A DNA stretch of 64,000 nucleotides from an uncultured Actinomycetota bacterium (GTDB lineage Bacteria > Actinomycetota > Actinomycetes > Propionibacteriales > Nocardioidaceae): positions 70,216 to 134,215 of the forward strand of contig CAWEVA010000023.1 of assembly GCA_963812345.1 (NCBI GenBank), read 5' to 3'. The notes under the pieces were generated by a model. That model had not been told where the DNA came from and ran no database searches. It saw nothing but the letters and a program-made list of their open reading frames with translations. Made by a program: the position numbers and the translations under genes. Position 1 is the stretch's first letter. Each line of letters begins with the position of its first letter. Below, piece by piece: positions 9,950 to 21,246 of this stretch.

Positions 9950-11215
9950 ATGAGCGCCACGGTCTCCATGATCACCGCCAACCCCGCCGCCGACGAGGAA
10001 CGTCGCCGCGGGCTGCGTCGCATGCGCAGCCTCGCCGTCGGCCTGCTGCTGTTCGCGGCCGTGGTGTACGTCGCCACGCTGGACCAGGACGGTTTCCTGG
10101 GCTTCGTGAACGCCGGCGCGGAGGCCTCGATGGTGGGTGCGATCGCCGACTGGTTCGCGGTCACGGCCCTGTTCAAGCACCCGCTCGGCATCCCGATCCC
10201 GCACACGGCCCTGGTGCCGCGGCGCAAGAACGAGCTCGGGCGGGGGCTGGAGGAGTTCTTCGGCGAGAACTTCCTGCAGGAGGGCATCATCCGCGACCGC
10301 GTGGCCGCCGCCACGATCTCGCTGCGGCTCGGCGAGTGGCTCAGCGTCCCCACGAACTCCCGCCGGGTGGTGGACGAGGTGGCCGACGTGGCCTCGATCG
10401 CCCTGAGTCGGGTCAAGGACGACCACATCGTGGAGCTCGTGGACGCGGTGCTGTTGCCGCGGTTCCGCGAGGAGCCGATCGCGCCCCTGCTCGGCACGTT
10501 CGTGGTCGAGGTGGTGCGCGACGACCTCCACCACGGCGTCGTCGACCTCGCCCTCGAGGAGCTGCACCGCTGGCTGGTGCAGAACCCCGACACCTTCGCC
10601 GCCGTGCTCAGCGAGCGGGCGCCGTGGTGGGCGCCGCCCCGCCTCAACGAGGCGGTCACCACCAAGATCCACACCGAGGCGATCCGCTGGCTGGCCGACA
10701 TCCGTGACGACCCGCAGCACCACGCCCGTGCGGCGCTCGACTCGATGCTCGCCCAGCTCGGCCAGGACCTGCTGTTCGACGAGGGGACCCAGGCCCGCGC
10801 CGAGGGGCTCAAGCTGCGCCTGCTCGACCATCCGCAGTTCTCGGCCACCGGCATCTCGCTGTGGAACGCGCTGCGCCGGGCGCTGCTCGGGGCGCTCCGT
10901 GAGCCTCAGGGCGAGCTCCGGGCCCGCCTCCAGCGTGAGCTCACCGCGTTCGCCGAACGGCTCACGGCCGACGAGGCGCTCCGCCAGCGGCTGGACGGAC
11001 TGGCCGCCGACGCCGCGGTCTTCGCCGTGGAGCGGTACGGCGCCGAGCTCACGACGGTCATCACCCACACCATCGAGCGCTGGGACGGCCAGGAGGCCGC
11101 GCGCCGGATCGAGCTGCACGTGGGACGCGACCTGCAGTTCATCCGGATCAACGGCACCATCGTGGGCGGTCTGGTCGGCGTGGTGATCCACACCGCCGCC
11201 GTCATGATCAACTAG
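9950..11215 (+). CDS. DUF445 family membrane protein
   Basis: EASMVGAIADWFAVTALFKHPLG and GRDLQFIRINGTIVGG motifs. Confidence 0.9.
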   Translation: MSATVSMITANPAADEERRRGLRRMRSLAVGLLLFAAVVYVATLDQDGFLGFVNAGAEASMVGAIADWFAVTALFKHPLGIPIPHTALVPRRKNELGRGLEEFFGENFLQEGIIRDRVAAATISLRLGEWLSVPTNSRRVVDEVADVASIALSRVKDDHIVELVDAVLLPRFREEPIAPLLGTFVVEVVRDDLHHGVVDLALEELHRWLVQNPDTFAAVLSERAPWWAPPRLNEAVTTKIHTEAIRWLADIRDDPQHHARAALDSMLAQLGQDLLFDEGTQARAEGLKLRLLDHPQFSATGISLWNALRRALLGALREPQGELRARLQRELTAFAERLTADEALRQRLDGLAADAAVFAVERYGAELTTVITHTIERWDGQEAARRIELHVGRDLQFIRINGTIVGGLVGVVIHTAAVMIN

Positions 11216-11219
11216 CCGG

Positions 11220-11468
11220 ATGGACACCCCGACCGACGTCCCGGTCCGCGACGACACGATCCGGCTCGGCCAGTTCCTGAAGCTGGCCAACCTGGTCGAG
11301 TCCGGCGGGGAGGCCAAGCCGCTGGTCGCGGAGGGCGCGGTCACCGTCAACGGCGAGGTCGAGACCCGCCGCGGTCGCCAGCTGGTCAGCGGCGACGTGG
11401 TGTCCGTGGGTGGACAGTCGGCCCGGGTCGTGGCCGGCGAGGGCACGCCGGAAAACCTCCCTTGGTGA
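11220..11468 (+). CDS. S4-domain RNA-binding protein (YaaA/YbcJ-like)
   Basis: IRLGQFLKLANLVESGGEAK...VNGEVETRRGRQL. Confidence 0.9.
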   Translation: MDTPTDVPVRDDTIRLGQFLKLANLVESGGEAKPLVAEGAVTVNGEVETRRGRQLVSGDVVSVGGQSARVVAGEGTPENLPW

Positions 11469-11474
11469 TGGGTC

Positions 11475-11599
11475 GCCGCCCTGCGTCGCTCACTGGATTT
11501 CGACGCGTCCGTCGCGACCTCGCAGGCTCAGCCGCGGGACTTGCTCAATCTGGCTGAGCTCACGCGCCGCGCTCGTGCCTCGCGCGCCGCTGCTCAGCC
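11475..11599. repeat. REP-like palindromic element(s) between convergent genes
   Basis: GATTTCGAC...GCTCAATC (11496-11550) with a CCGCCCTGC tail, plus a GGCTGAGC...GCTCAGCC hairpin (11552-11599). Confidence 0.65.
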
Positions 11600-11962
11600 A
11601 ACGCCGAGCAGGTCGACCACGAAGATCAGGGTCTCGCCGGGCCCGATGACAGCGCCGGCCCCGCGGTCGCCGTACCCCAGGTGGGGCGGGATCACCAGCT
11701 GGCGGCGCCCGCCGACCTTCATGCCGGTCACGCCCTGGTCCCAGCCCGAGATGACCTGGCCCACGCCGAGCCGGAAGGACAGCGGCTGGCCACGGTTGTA
11801 CGACGCGTCGAACTCCTCCCCGGTCGAGTGCGCCACGCCGACGTAGTGCACCTCCACGGTGGTGCCGGCGGTCGCCTCGGCGCCGTCGCCGGCGGTGATG
11901 TCGGTGACGACGAGGTCGGTCGGTGGCTCGGGGTCGAAGAACTCGATCTCGGGCTTGTCCAC
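11594..11962 (-). CDS. FKBP-type peptidyl-prolyl cis-trans isomerase
   Basis: VHYVG, FDASYNRG, VISGWDQG, MKVGGRR and ETLIFVVDL motifs. Confidence 0.95.
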   Translation of the reverse strand: MDKPEIEFFDPEPPTDLVVTDITAGDGAEATAGTTVEVHYVGVAHSTGEEFDASYNRGQPLSFRLGVGQVISGWDQGVTGMKVGGRRQLVIPPHLGYGDRGAGAVIGPGETLIFVVDLLGVG

Positions 11963-12014
11963 GTTCTCTGCTTTCGGTCCCTGAGGAGGTTGCTCTGCAA
12001 CCTAACTCGTTGGG

Positions 12015-12446
12015 TCAGGTCTGGTAGAGGTAGTTGCCGAGCTGGTCCCGCTCGAACTCGAGGTTGGCGATCCGGGCCTTGACCACGTCGCCGATGCTGA
12101 TCATGCCCGCCAGCTTGCCGTCGGTGATCACGGGGACGTGCCGGACGCGGTGCTCGGTCATCACCTGCATCAGCTCTTCGATCGGGTGGGTGGTGTCGCA
12201 GGTGTGCACGACCGACGTCATGATGTTCGACACCGGGCCGTCCAGGATCGCGTCGTCCTCGTTGAGGCGGCGTACGACGTCGCGCTCGCTGACCATGCCC
12301 CCGACCTCGGTCCCGTCGGTGCTGACGATGACGGCGCCGACGTTGTGCTCGGCCAGCAGGGCGAGCAGATCCCGCACCGTGGCCTCGGGGTTGATCGTGA
12401 TGACACCCGGGATCGACTTCCCGGCGAGGACCTCGCTGATTCTCAT
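12015..12446 (-). CDS. CBS-domain protein
   Basis: GMVSERDVVR and MTEHRVRHVPV...GMISIGDVVK (CBS pair). Confidence 0.9.
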   Translation of the reverse strand: MRISEVLAGKSIPGVITINPEATVRDLLALLAEHNVGAVIVSTDGTEVGGMVSERDVVRRLNEDDAILDGPVSNIMTSVVHTCDTTHPIEELMQVMTEHRVRHVPVITDGKLAGMISIGDVVKARIANLEFERDQLGNYLYQT

Positions 12447-12515
12447 GGCCTACCTCGACTTTCGATGGGCTTGCTGGGCCAAGAAATCCCCGTCTGTAAC
12501 TACGCTAGCCCATCC

Positions 12516-13422
12516 TCAAACGTCCGGGGAGTCCTCGTCCACGGGGACGTGTCGGCGCGGCCGCAGGTCGTGGACCGAGCCCGGCCCGACCGGCACCGAG
12601 TCGGGGTCGGAGCCGTCGTCGGGCATCCCGCCGAGGAAGGCGAGGGCAGCTTCGTGCAGGTGGCCGTTGGAGGCCAGGGCGTCGGCCCCGAACGGCCCGT
12701 CGTTGCCGTCCAGCGCGCTGAACCGGCCGCCCGCCTCGCGGACGATCACGTCCAGGGCCGCCATGTCGTAGAGCTCGAGCTCGGGCTCGGCCGCGATGTC
12801 GACGGCGCCCTCGGCGAGCAGCATGTAGGACCAGAAGTCGCCGTAGGCGCGGGTGCGCCAGCACCGCCGCGACAGAGACAGGAAGTCGTCGAGCCGGCCC
12901 CGCTGGTCCCAGCCGTGGAGGGAGGAGTAGGAGAACGACGCGTCCTCGAGACGGCGTACGTCGGAGACCTGGCAGCGGGTCGCCTTGAGGAGCGAGCGTC
13001 CGGTCCAGGCGCCGTTGCCCACCGACGCCCACCACCGCCGCTGCAGCTGCGGCGCCGACACCACGCCGAGCACCACCTCGTCGTCCACGACCAGGGCGAT
13101 CAGGGTCGCCCACACCGGGACGCCGCGGACGTAGTTCTTGGTGCCGTCGATCGGGTCGATCACCCAGCGGCGCTGGCTGTGCCCGGAGGAGCCCTGCTCC
13201 TCACCGACCACCGCGTCGCGGGAGCGGACCCGGGAGAGGGTGCGGCGGATGCCCTGCCTCGACCGCCTCGTCCGCGTCGGTGACCGGGCTGAGGTCCGGC
13301 TTGCTCATCACGTGCAGGTCGAGGGCCTTGAACCGCCCGACGGTCAGCGAGTCGGCGTCGTCGGCCAGCACGTGCGCCAGGCGCAGGTCGTCGGTGAAGT
13401 CGGTCCGCCCGGGAGTTGGCAT
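12516..13422 (-). CDS. hisN: Histidinol-phosphatase, inositol monophosphatase family (frameshift near 13255)
   Basis: DDLRLAHVLADDAD, KPDLSPVTDAD, WVIDPIDGTKNY, RAYGDFWSY and YDMAAL motifs. Confidence 0.88.
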
Positions 13423-13464
13423 GAAGGACAGGTTATGCCCATCGATGTGCCCTATCGTCTTGCC

Positions 13465-13953
13465 ATGGAGCTGAACGGTCTTCCGCTGCACCCGCTCGTG
13501 GTGCATGCCGCAGTGATTCTGGGCCCGGTCACGGCGCTCACCGCCATCGCGTACGCCGTACTCCCCGGCTGGCGCTGGTTGATCCGCTGGCCGATGGTGG
13601 CGCTGGCCGTCGCGACGGTCGGCGCTGTGTTCGTCGCCAAGCTGGCCGGCCAGGCGCTGCTCGAGGACCGCTTCTCGGGCGCCACCGGGGCGGTTGCCGA
13701 CCAGATCGCGGTGCACGAGGACCGGGGCAACCTGCTGTTGTGGGTGGCCCTCGGCTTCCTCGTCATCGCCGTCGTCGCGGCGCTGACCGTGGGCGGTCCG
13801 AGTGCCCTGGCCACGGGGGCTGGTGCGCGCGACTCGCGGGGGACCGCGGTGACGGTCGGCGTCCTCGCCCTCGTGGTCGTCGGCGCGCTCGCGCTGCTGG
13901 TGATGACGGTCCTGACCGGCGACGCCGGCTCACGCGCAGTCTGGGGTTTGTAG
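13465..13953 (+). CDS. DUF2231-like membrane protein
   Basis: NGLPLHPLVVHAAV start, four TM segments, GDAGSRAVW end; TATCGT -10 box 6 nt before the ATG. Confidence 0.8.
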   Translation: MELNGLPLHPLVVHAAVILGPVTALTAIAYAVLPGWRWLIRWPMVALAVATVGAVFVAKLAGQALLEDRFSGATGAVADQIAVHEDRGNLLLWVALGFLVIAVVAALTVGGPSALATGAGARDSRGTAVTVGVLALVVVGALALLVMTVLTGDAGSRAVWGL

Positions 13954-14011
13954 AACTTTCAACGATTTCCTGAAAACGGAGTCGTGAGCAGTCTCCGGTG
14001 GGACTCTGGCT

Positions 14012-14389
14012 GTGCCAGAAATCAGCCCGGACCTCTCCGGGGCCGCTGAGGCCCAGGGCGGGATCACCATCGCCACCGACGGGCAGATCTGGTTCACCTC
14101 TCGGTTCGCAACCCAGGGCGTCGGCCGCCTCGACCCGGCCACCGGGGACGTGACCACGTTCCTGACGCCGGGCACCGGGCCGCAGAACATCGCAGCAGGG
14201 CTGGACGGCTCGGTCTGGTTCACGCAGGTCGTCAAGGGCAACATCGCCAGGATCGACAGCGCCGACGTGCTCACCGAGGGCAAGGCGGTCAAGAACAGCG
14301 AACCGTTCGGGATCGTCGTCGCTGAAGACGGCAACCCCTGGTACACGATGATGGAGGCCAACAAGATCGCCACGTTGCAGCTGCGCTAG
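14012..14389 (+). pseudogene. Truncated Vgb (virginiamycin B lyase)-like beta-propeller fragment
   Basis: Three GxxGxxWFT-type blades (DGQIWFT, DGSVWFT, DGNPWYT); no convincing N-terminus. Confidence 0.5.
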
Positions 14390-14399
14390 GCCGCAGGGG

Positions 14400-15392
14400 T
14401 CACCAGGCGGTCTCGCTGCGGGCGGCGAGCAGCCGGCGGAACGACTCGACCCGATCGGGATCGGCTCCGCCGGCTGCCACCGCGGCGTCAAGCCCGCACT
14501 CAGGTTCATCGGAGCCGTGGAGGCAGCCGCGCGAGCAATCCCCGGTCAGCTCGTCGAGGTCGGGGAAGGCGCCGATCAGCTGCCCGGGCTCGACGTGGGC
14601 GAGGCCGAACGACCGGATCCCCGGGGTGTCGACGATCCAGCCGTCACCGCTGGGGAGCGGGAGCATGAACACCGACGTCGACGTGTGCCGGCCCCGGCCG
14701 GTCACCACGTTGACGTGCCCGATCTCGCGGCCGGCGTCGGGCACCAGCGCGTTGACCAGGGTGGACTTCCCGACGCCGCTGTGACCCACCATCACGCTGG
14801 TCCGGCCCCGCAGCCGGTCGCGCAGCTCGGTCAGGTCTGATCCACGCTGGGTCACCACCCACGGGACCCCCAGGGAGCGGTAGGTCGACAACAGGGTCTC
14901 CGGGTCGGCCAGGTCGGCCTTCGTCATGCACAGGAGCGGGTCCATGCCGGCGTCGTACGCCGCCACAAGGGCGCGGTCGATCAGGCCGGTCCGGGGCTCG
15001 GGGTCGGCCAGGGCGGTGACCACCACGAGCTGGGAGGCGTTGGCGACGATGACCCGCTCGACGGGGTCGTCGTCGTCGGCGGTGCGCCGCAGCACGGTGG
15101 TGCGTTCGGTGACCTCCACGATCCGGGCGAGGGAGCCCTCGGCGCCGGAGGTGTCGCCGACGACCCGGACCCGGTCGCCGACCACGACTCCTTTGCGGCC
15201 CAGCGGCCGCGCCTTCATCGCGGTCACCACCACGTCCCCGACGACCAGCGTGAAGCGGCCGCGGTCGACGGTGACCACGGTCCCGTCGACGGCGTCGTCG
15301 TAGGTGGGGCGTTCCTTGGTGCGGGGGCGGGTGTGGCGGCGCGGGCGCTCGTAGTGCTCCTGGTCGTGGTCGGTCCACCGCCCGGTCGTCAC
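14400..15392 (-). CDS. rsgA: Ribosome small subunit-dependent GTPase A
   Basis: [21 protein letters not shown] and DTPGIR motifs; Cys/His zinc-binding tail. Confidence 0.93.
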   Translation of the reverse strand: MTTGRWTDHDQEHYERPRRHTRPRTKERPTYDDAVDGTVVTVDRGRFTLVVGDVVVTAMKARPLGRKGVVVGDRVRVVGDTSGAEGSLARIVEVTERTTVLRRTADDDDPVERVIVANASQLVVVTALADPEPRTGLIDRALVAAYDAGMDPLLCMTKADLADPETLLSTYRSLGVPWVVTQRGSDLTELRDRLRGRTSVMVGHSGVGKSTLVNALVPDAGREIGHVNVVTGRGRHTSTSVFMLPLPSGDGWIVDTPGIRSFGLAHVEPGQLIGAFPDLDELTGDCSRGCLHGSDEPECGLDAAVAAGGADPDRVESFRRLLAARSETAW

Positions 15393-16673
15393 GGCGCCAC
15401 CAGGCCGGTCCAGAACCCGGCGAAGTCGGGGAAGGTCTTCGACGTGGTGCCGATGTCCTCGACCAGCACCCCGGGCACCGCCGCGCCGACGACCACGCCG
15501 GCGTGGGCCATCCGGTGGTCGGCGTAGGTGCGGAAGAGCCCGCCGTGCAGCGCGGCCGGGCGGAACGAGAGCCCGTCCGGTTGCTCGGTGACGTCGGCGC
15601 CGAGTCCGCCGAGCTCCGCGGCGAGCGCGGCCAGCCGGTCGGTCTCGTGGCCGCGGATGTGCGCGACGCCGCGGAGGTGCGACGGGGAGTCGGCGAGGGC
15701 GCACAGGGCTGCGACCACCGGCGTCAGCTCGCCGACGTCGTGGAGGTCGAGGTCGACGCCGTGGATCGTGCCGGAGCCGCGGACGTGCAGTCCCGCGGGC
15801 GACGTGCTCGACCTCGCAGCCCATCAGGCCCAGGATCTCGCGCAGGGCGTCACCGGCCTGGGTGGTCTCGCCGGGCCAGTCGCGGACGAGCACGCTGCCG
15901 CCGGAGAGCGCGGCGAGGGCGAGGAAGGGCCCCGCGTTCGAGAGGTCCGGCTCGACCACGTGGTCGACCGCTGCGACCGGCCCGGGGGCGACCGACCACC
16001 GGTTGGCGTCGGCGTCGTCGACGTCGACGCCGTGCTCGCGGAGCATCGCGACGGTCATCGCGATGTGGGGGAGCGAGGGCACCGGCTTGCCGTCATGACG
16101 TACGTCGACCCCGTGCTGGTAGCGGGCGCCGGCCAGCAGCAGCCCGGAGACGAACTGCGAGGAAGCCGACGCGTCGATCACGACCGATCCGCCGGTGACG
16201 GCGCCGGTGCCCCGCACCGTGAACGGCAGCGAGCCGCGGCCGCCGTCGTCGATGTCGACCCCCAGCCCCCGCAGGGCGGTCAGCACCTCGCCGACGGGGC
16301 GGTTGCGCAGATGGGCGTCGCCGTCGAACGAGGCGGCTCCGGTGGACAGACCGGCGACCGGGGGCACGAACCGGAGCACCGTCCCCGCCAGGCCGCACTC
16401 GATCTGGGCGTCGGAGCGGAGCTCGCCCGGGGTCACCGACCAGTCGTCACCGGTGGTGTCGACCGGGGAGCCGAGCGCGGTCAGGGCGTCGGCCATCAGG
16501 GTGGTGTCCCGCGAGCGGAGCGCCCCGCGCACCACCGAGGGCGCGTCGGCGATCGCGGCCAGCACGAGCGCGCGGTTGGTGACGGACTTGCTGCCCGGCA
16601 GCGACACCTCGACGTCGACCGGACCGGTGACCGGCGGTGCCGGCCACGGGTCGGCGAGCCGGGTGGTGGTCAC
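15389..16673 (-). CDS. aroA: 3-phosphoshikimate 1-carboxyvinyltransferase (frameshift near 15800)
   Basis: [41 protein letters not shown] and KTFPDF motifs. Confidence 0.93.
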
Positions 16674-16702
16674 CCCGGAAGGGTATCCGCCGGACAACTT
16701 TG

Positions 16703-17233
16703 TCACCGCAGCTGGGCGGCCGCCAGCTTGGCCTCGCGGCGGGCGGTGGCCTTCAGATGGCGGGCTTCGCGGCCTACGTCGCGGGCCGCATGGCGGGTGC
16801 GCCAGGCGACTCCCGGCCGGCCCTCGGTGTCGACCGCGGCGAGCAGGAGCCCGCCGAGCATCGAGACGTTCTTGAAGAAGTGGATCCTGCTGTTGGTCTT
16901 CTCGGCGGGGTCGGACTCGTTCCAGAACTGGTAGCCGGCCAGCGTCGTCGGGACGAGCGTCGCGGCCAGCGCGGTAGACGCGAGCCGCGGGAAGCGGCCG
17001 GTCGCCAGCGCGGCGCCGGCTCCGATGTGGACCACGGCGTTGATCCGGACCAGGGTGGCCGGGTCCTCGGGGATCGGTGCCTGCGGCAGCGCCCGCTTGG
17101 CCAGGGGCACGAGCCGGTCGGTGACCTCCTTCGCCTTGATGGCGTACTCGGGCGCGTTGCGGAGGGCGTTGACGCCGCCGACGACGAACATCGACGCAAG
17201 CAGGGGGCGGGCGATCATTCTGCTGACGGTCAT
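16703..17233 (-). CDS. DoxX family membrane protein
   Basis: [20 protein letters not shown] and [12 protein letters not shown] motifs. Confidence 0.85.
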   Translation of the reverse strand: MTVSRMIARPLLASMFVVGGVNALRNAPEYAIKAKEVTDRLVPLAKRALPQAPIPEDPATLVRINAVVHIGAGAALATGRFPRLASTALAATLVPTTLAGYQFWNESDPAEKTNSRIHFFKNVSMLGGLLLAAVDTEGRPGVAWRTRHAARDVGREARHLKATARREAKLAAAQLR

Positions 17234-17274
17234 GTTCCATTCCTACACGATTCTCGCCCGGTCGGGTGGATCGC

Positions 17275-18854
17275 TCAGGCGCCGAGCGGGACCGCCACCC
17301 GGTTGTTCGACCGGTCGGAGTCGGCGGTATCCCCGTCGGGGGACACCGTGAACACGACGGAGGAGTTGGATCCGGGTGGGGCGACGGCGGTGAACTCGAG
17401 CGTCGCGGGGGTGCTGGTCACGCGGCAGGTCCTCGGGTGCGGGGAGTCGCACCGGCCGTCGTGGGTCAGTACGACGGTGACGCCGCGTGCGGCCACCGAC
17501 AGGGTCGCGGTGCCGCCCGGGGCAAGCCCGGACACGACCACGACCACCCGGTGCACGGCGCCGTGCTGGGAGCTGGCGGACGCCGACACCCTCAGGTCGG
17601 CCTCCGGCGGGGTCTCGGTCGGGTGGCGGGTCGTTCGGCGGCTGGTCGGAGGGCCCGGGCTGTGGGACCGGGGCCGCCCGTCGGGTCGGGACCTGGGTCG
17701 GCGTCGGGGCCGGGACCGGCCGGGGGAGCGGGAACGGGAGCGGGCGCGACGGCGGCCGGCTCGGTGCTCGAGGAGCGGCGGGTCACGCCCGTCCGGTCGT
17801 TCGGGGCGCTCGACGGCCGCCCGGAGCCGGGGTGCCGGTCACGACCCTGCTTCGTGGCCTTCTCCGAGCCCGATCCGGCCCGGTCCTGACCGGCAGCGGT
17901 CGGAGGCGTGGCCGGGCGCGGGTCGTCGTCGATCATCAGGAACACGCCGCCGCCCACGACCACCGCGGCGGCGACGCCGGCCGCGGCCGATGCCGGCGCA
18001 TGGGCTGCGACGAGGTCCTTCGCCCGGTCCAGCAGGACCAGGAGCCCGCCCTTCAGCGCAGCGGCGCCGGTCGCGGAGCCGGCGTACGCCGCGGCGGCAC
18101 CGCCCAGCAGGAGCGGGGCGAGCAGGCCGGAGAGGTTGGAGTTGACCTCGGTCAGCTCCAGGTAGAGGGCGGTGCAGCGCCGGCACTCGGCCAGGTGGTG
18201 CTCGACCTTGGCTGGCGTCGCGGCGCGAGATGCCGTTGCGGACGTAGGCGCCGAGGTTCTGGTGGGTCCAGGCGCAGGCGTCGTCCTCGAGCTCCTGCAG
18301 GTGCATGGTCAGGAACGCCTGCCGCAGACCCTCGCGGGCCCGGTAGGCCAGCGCCGACACCGAGTTGGCGCTCATGCCCAGCAGCACCGCGACCTCTGCG
18401 GGCTTCTGTCCCTCGACCTCGGTGTGCCACAGCACGGCCTGCCAGCGCTCCGGCAGCGACGCGAAGGCCTTCGCGGCCGCGGCGTTCTCGAAGCCCTCGA
18501 CCGCGGTGTCGCGGAACGGCACGCCCGGGTCGAAGGGCTCCAGGTCGTCGGTGGGCTGCACCCGCGCGTTCGCCCGGATCCGGTCGACGTGGAGCCGTCG
18601 GATGGCGGTGAGCAGGTAGGCGCGGAACGCGAGGTCGGGCCCGGCGCCGCGCTGCAGCAGGGCGAGAGCACCTTGGCGAAGGCCTCCGAGACGAGGTCCT
18701 CGGCATCGGCGGGCGGGACCAGCTGGCGCGCCAGCCGCCGGGCCGCGGCCAGGTGCCGGTCGAAGAGCTCGCCGTAGGCGTCGACGTCCCCGCCGCGGAC
18801 CGCCGAGATCAGCTCGGCGTCCGCGGCGTCGGTCCGTTGCAGGACGGCGTCCAT
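17275..18854 (-). CDS. ECF sigma factor fused to zinc-finger, TM helix, Pro-rich linker and extracytoplasmic domain (several frameshifts)
   Basis: [38 protein letters not shown] and [11 protein letters not shown] motifs, then HLAECRRC, a hydrophobic segment and a C-terminal DSDRSNN beta domain. Confidence 0.75.
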
Positions 18855-18954
18855 ATGGGCCCAACGAGCCAGTCGAAAAAAGATCACGGGTTCCGCGTCA
18901 TGACCCGTGGGGGGCCTCGTCCCATGGGTGTAGGACGGGGGAGGAGGAGCCGCA

Positions 18955-19708
18955 ATGGGGATCTTCGCGCCACGCGCAGGAGCGGCTTCTTCCACCCGAC
19001 CCGAGGCAAGGGCAGCGGAACTGACCCAGACTCAGCTGGCGGCACTGCCGCCGGAGTTCGAGGCGGTGGGGGAGGCCCTTGCTTCGGGATCGGGTGCGCT
19101 GGCCGAGGCATACGCTGTCCTCGGCCACCGGCTCGCCGTCGACGGGGTCTCGCTCGACGAGGCCCTCTCGGGCCTCGACACCACCTTCCGGGCGGTGCTG
19201 GGGATCCCGCCGACGCTTCGACGACACCCGCGCGCTGTCGGTGGCGTGGAGCGAGTCGATCCTCGGGTACCTCCACCGGCTCTCCTGCGAGGACCCGGTG
19301 ACCGGGCTGGCCACCATGGCCCACCTGCAGAGCCGGCTGGCCGAGCTCTACCGCGCGCAGGCCTCGCTCGGGCCGGTCGCGGACTCCCACGCCCTCGTCG
19401 TCCTCGACGTGGGGCCGCCCACCGCCGGCGATGCGGTCGGGGCCGCGGTGCTCGCCGAGGACCTGGACGTCGCCAGGGCTGCCGAAGCGATCCGCACCGC
19501 CTTCGCCGGGCAGGAGACGATCGGCCGGCTGACACGGCACCGGCTGACGGTGCTCGCCCCCCGCGACGAGCGGCTCGGCCAGCGGGTGGCGCTGCTCCGC
19601 CGGCTGCTCACCCGCACCGAGCCGGCAGCCGCCCGGATCTGGATCGAGGGCCTCCCGAGGACCCCGGACGCCGCCGCGGCGACGCTCTCCGAGCTCGCCC
19701 GTCTCTGA
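18955..19708 (+). CDS. Conserved hypothetical protein with a degenerate GGDEF-like C-terminus (frameshifted)
   Basis: EDPVTGLAT followed by ALVVLDV resembles the start of a GGDEF fold, but no GGDEF motif is present. Confidence 0.55.
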
Positions 19709-19744
19709 CCCGACTCCATCCGCCCGACGTCGTAGGGTGGCTGC

Positions 19745-20519
19745 ATGTGCGGCCGCTACGCCTCGAGCAGGCGCCCAGCAGACCTCATCGAGGAGTTCGA
19801 GGTCGTCGCCGACCGGACCCCGGCCCCGCTCGAGCCCGACTTCAACGTCGCCCCCACCAAAGAGGTGTACGCCGTCCTCGAGCGGCGGCCGCGCCCCCCT
19901 GACGGGTCGGAGAGCAGGGAGCCGCCCGAGCGGCAGCTGCGGGTGCTCCGGTGGGGACTCGTCCCGTCCTGGGCGAAGGACCCGGCCATCGGCAACCGGA
20001 TGATCAACGCCCGGATGGAGACGGTCGCGGAGAAGCCGGCGTACCGCCGGGCCTTCGCCTCGCGCCGGTGCCTGCTGCCCGCCGACGGCTACTTCGAGTG
20101 GTATCCCACCGAGGAGAAGACCAAGGCCGGCAAGCCGCGCAAGCAGCCGTTCTTCATCCGCCCCAAGGACGGCGGCGTCCTCGCGATGGCCGGGCTGTAC
20201 GAGATCTGGAAGGACCCCACCCGCGACGGAGGACGACCCCGACCGCTTCCGCTGGACCTGCACGGTCCTGACGACCGAGGCCGAGGACACCCTCGGCCGC
20301 ATCCACGACCGGATGCCGCTGATGGTCGAGCCGGACCGGTGGGGGAGCTGGCTGGATGCCGGCATCTCCGGGACGGACGACCTGCTGTCGCTGCTGGTCC
20401 CCGCCGCGCCCGGGCGACTCGAGGCCTTCCCCGTCTCCCGCGCCGTCGGCAACGTCAAGAACAACGGGCCCGAGCTCGTCGAGCCCATCCCGCTGGAGGA
20501 CGCCGTGGGGACCCCATGA
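19745..20519 (+). CDS. SOS response-associated peptidase (SRAP/HMCES family; frameshift near 20230)
   Basis: MCGRY N-terminus, FNVAPT, WGLVPSW, INARMET, ADGYFEW and HDRMP motifs. Confidence 0.92.
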
Positions 20520-21169
20520 GCGCCCACGAACGCACCGTCGCCACCAGCCACGGGGAGGGACGGCTGGTCACCCACCGCGCCAGGCACCCGCTCGCCACCC
20601 TGCTGCTCAGCCACGGGGCGGGCAACGGGATCGAGGCCCGCGACCTCAGCACCCTCGCCGACCACCTGCCGCGTCAGGGGATCACGGTGGTGCTCTTCGA
20701 GCAGCCATGGCGGGTCGCCGGGCGCAAGGTCGCCACCCCGCCCGCCAGCCTCGACGTCGGGCTCACCGCGGCGGCCGCCGCCCTGAGCCGCAGCAAGGCC
20801 CCGCTCGTCGTGGGTGGGCGGTCCGCCGGCGCGCGCTCGGCCGCGCGCTGTGCCACGGCGCTGGGCGCGATCGGCTGCCTCGCCCTCGCGTTCCCCTTGC
20901 ATCCGCCCGGCAAGCCGGAGAAGTCCCGGCTCCACGAGCTGCAGGGCACCGGGGTCTCGACGCTGGTGATCCAGGGCGAGCGCGACACCATGGGGCGCCC
21001 GGACGCCTTCCCGGAAGACCTCGACCTGGCCGTCGTACCGGGCGCCGACCACGGCTTCAAGGTGCCGGCGAGCGGGCCGGTCACGCAGGCGGAGGCCATG
21101 GAGATCGTCGTGGAGGCGACGCTGGAGTGGATCATCCGCGAGGTGACCGGGAATCAGCAGCCGGACTGA
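20516..21169 (+). CDS. Alpha/beta hydrolase family protein
   Basis: [14 protein letters not shown] nucleophile elbow, FPLHPPG, QGERD and GADHGF motifs. Confidence 0.85.
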   Translation: MSAHERTVATSHGEGRLVTHRARHPLATLLLSHGAGNGIEARDLSTLADHLPRQGITVVLFEQPWRVAGRKVATPPASLDVGLTAAAAALSRSKAPLVVGGRSAGARSAARCATALGAIGCLALAFPLHPPGKPEKSRLHELQGTGVSTLVIQGERDTMGRPDAFPEDLDLAVVPGADHGFKVPASGPVTQAEAMEIVVEATLEWIIREVTGNQQPD

Positions 21170-21175
21170 GGTGTT
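21150..21175 (+). promoter_or_regulatory. SigR/SigH-dependent autoregulatory promoter
   Basis: Exact GGAAT-N18-GTT consensus upstream of sigR. Confidence 0.8.
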
Positions 21176-21246
21176 CTGCCGTCGTGCTTGCCGTGCTGGA
21201 ACGTCCCCGATCGGGGGTGTCGAGACCCCCGCTAGTCTGGAAGGCG

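Noticed and set aside
14400-17240. 946-aa aroA-rsgA fusion ORF in the track
   Set aside because: Produced by an insertion error in aroA; rsgA has its own GTG start overlapping the aroA stop
19745-21169. SRAP-alpha/beta hydrolase fusion
   Set aside because: A single extra G near 20230 joins two separate genes that have an ATGA overlap at 20516-20519
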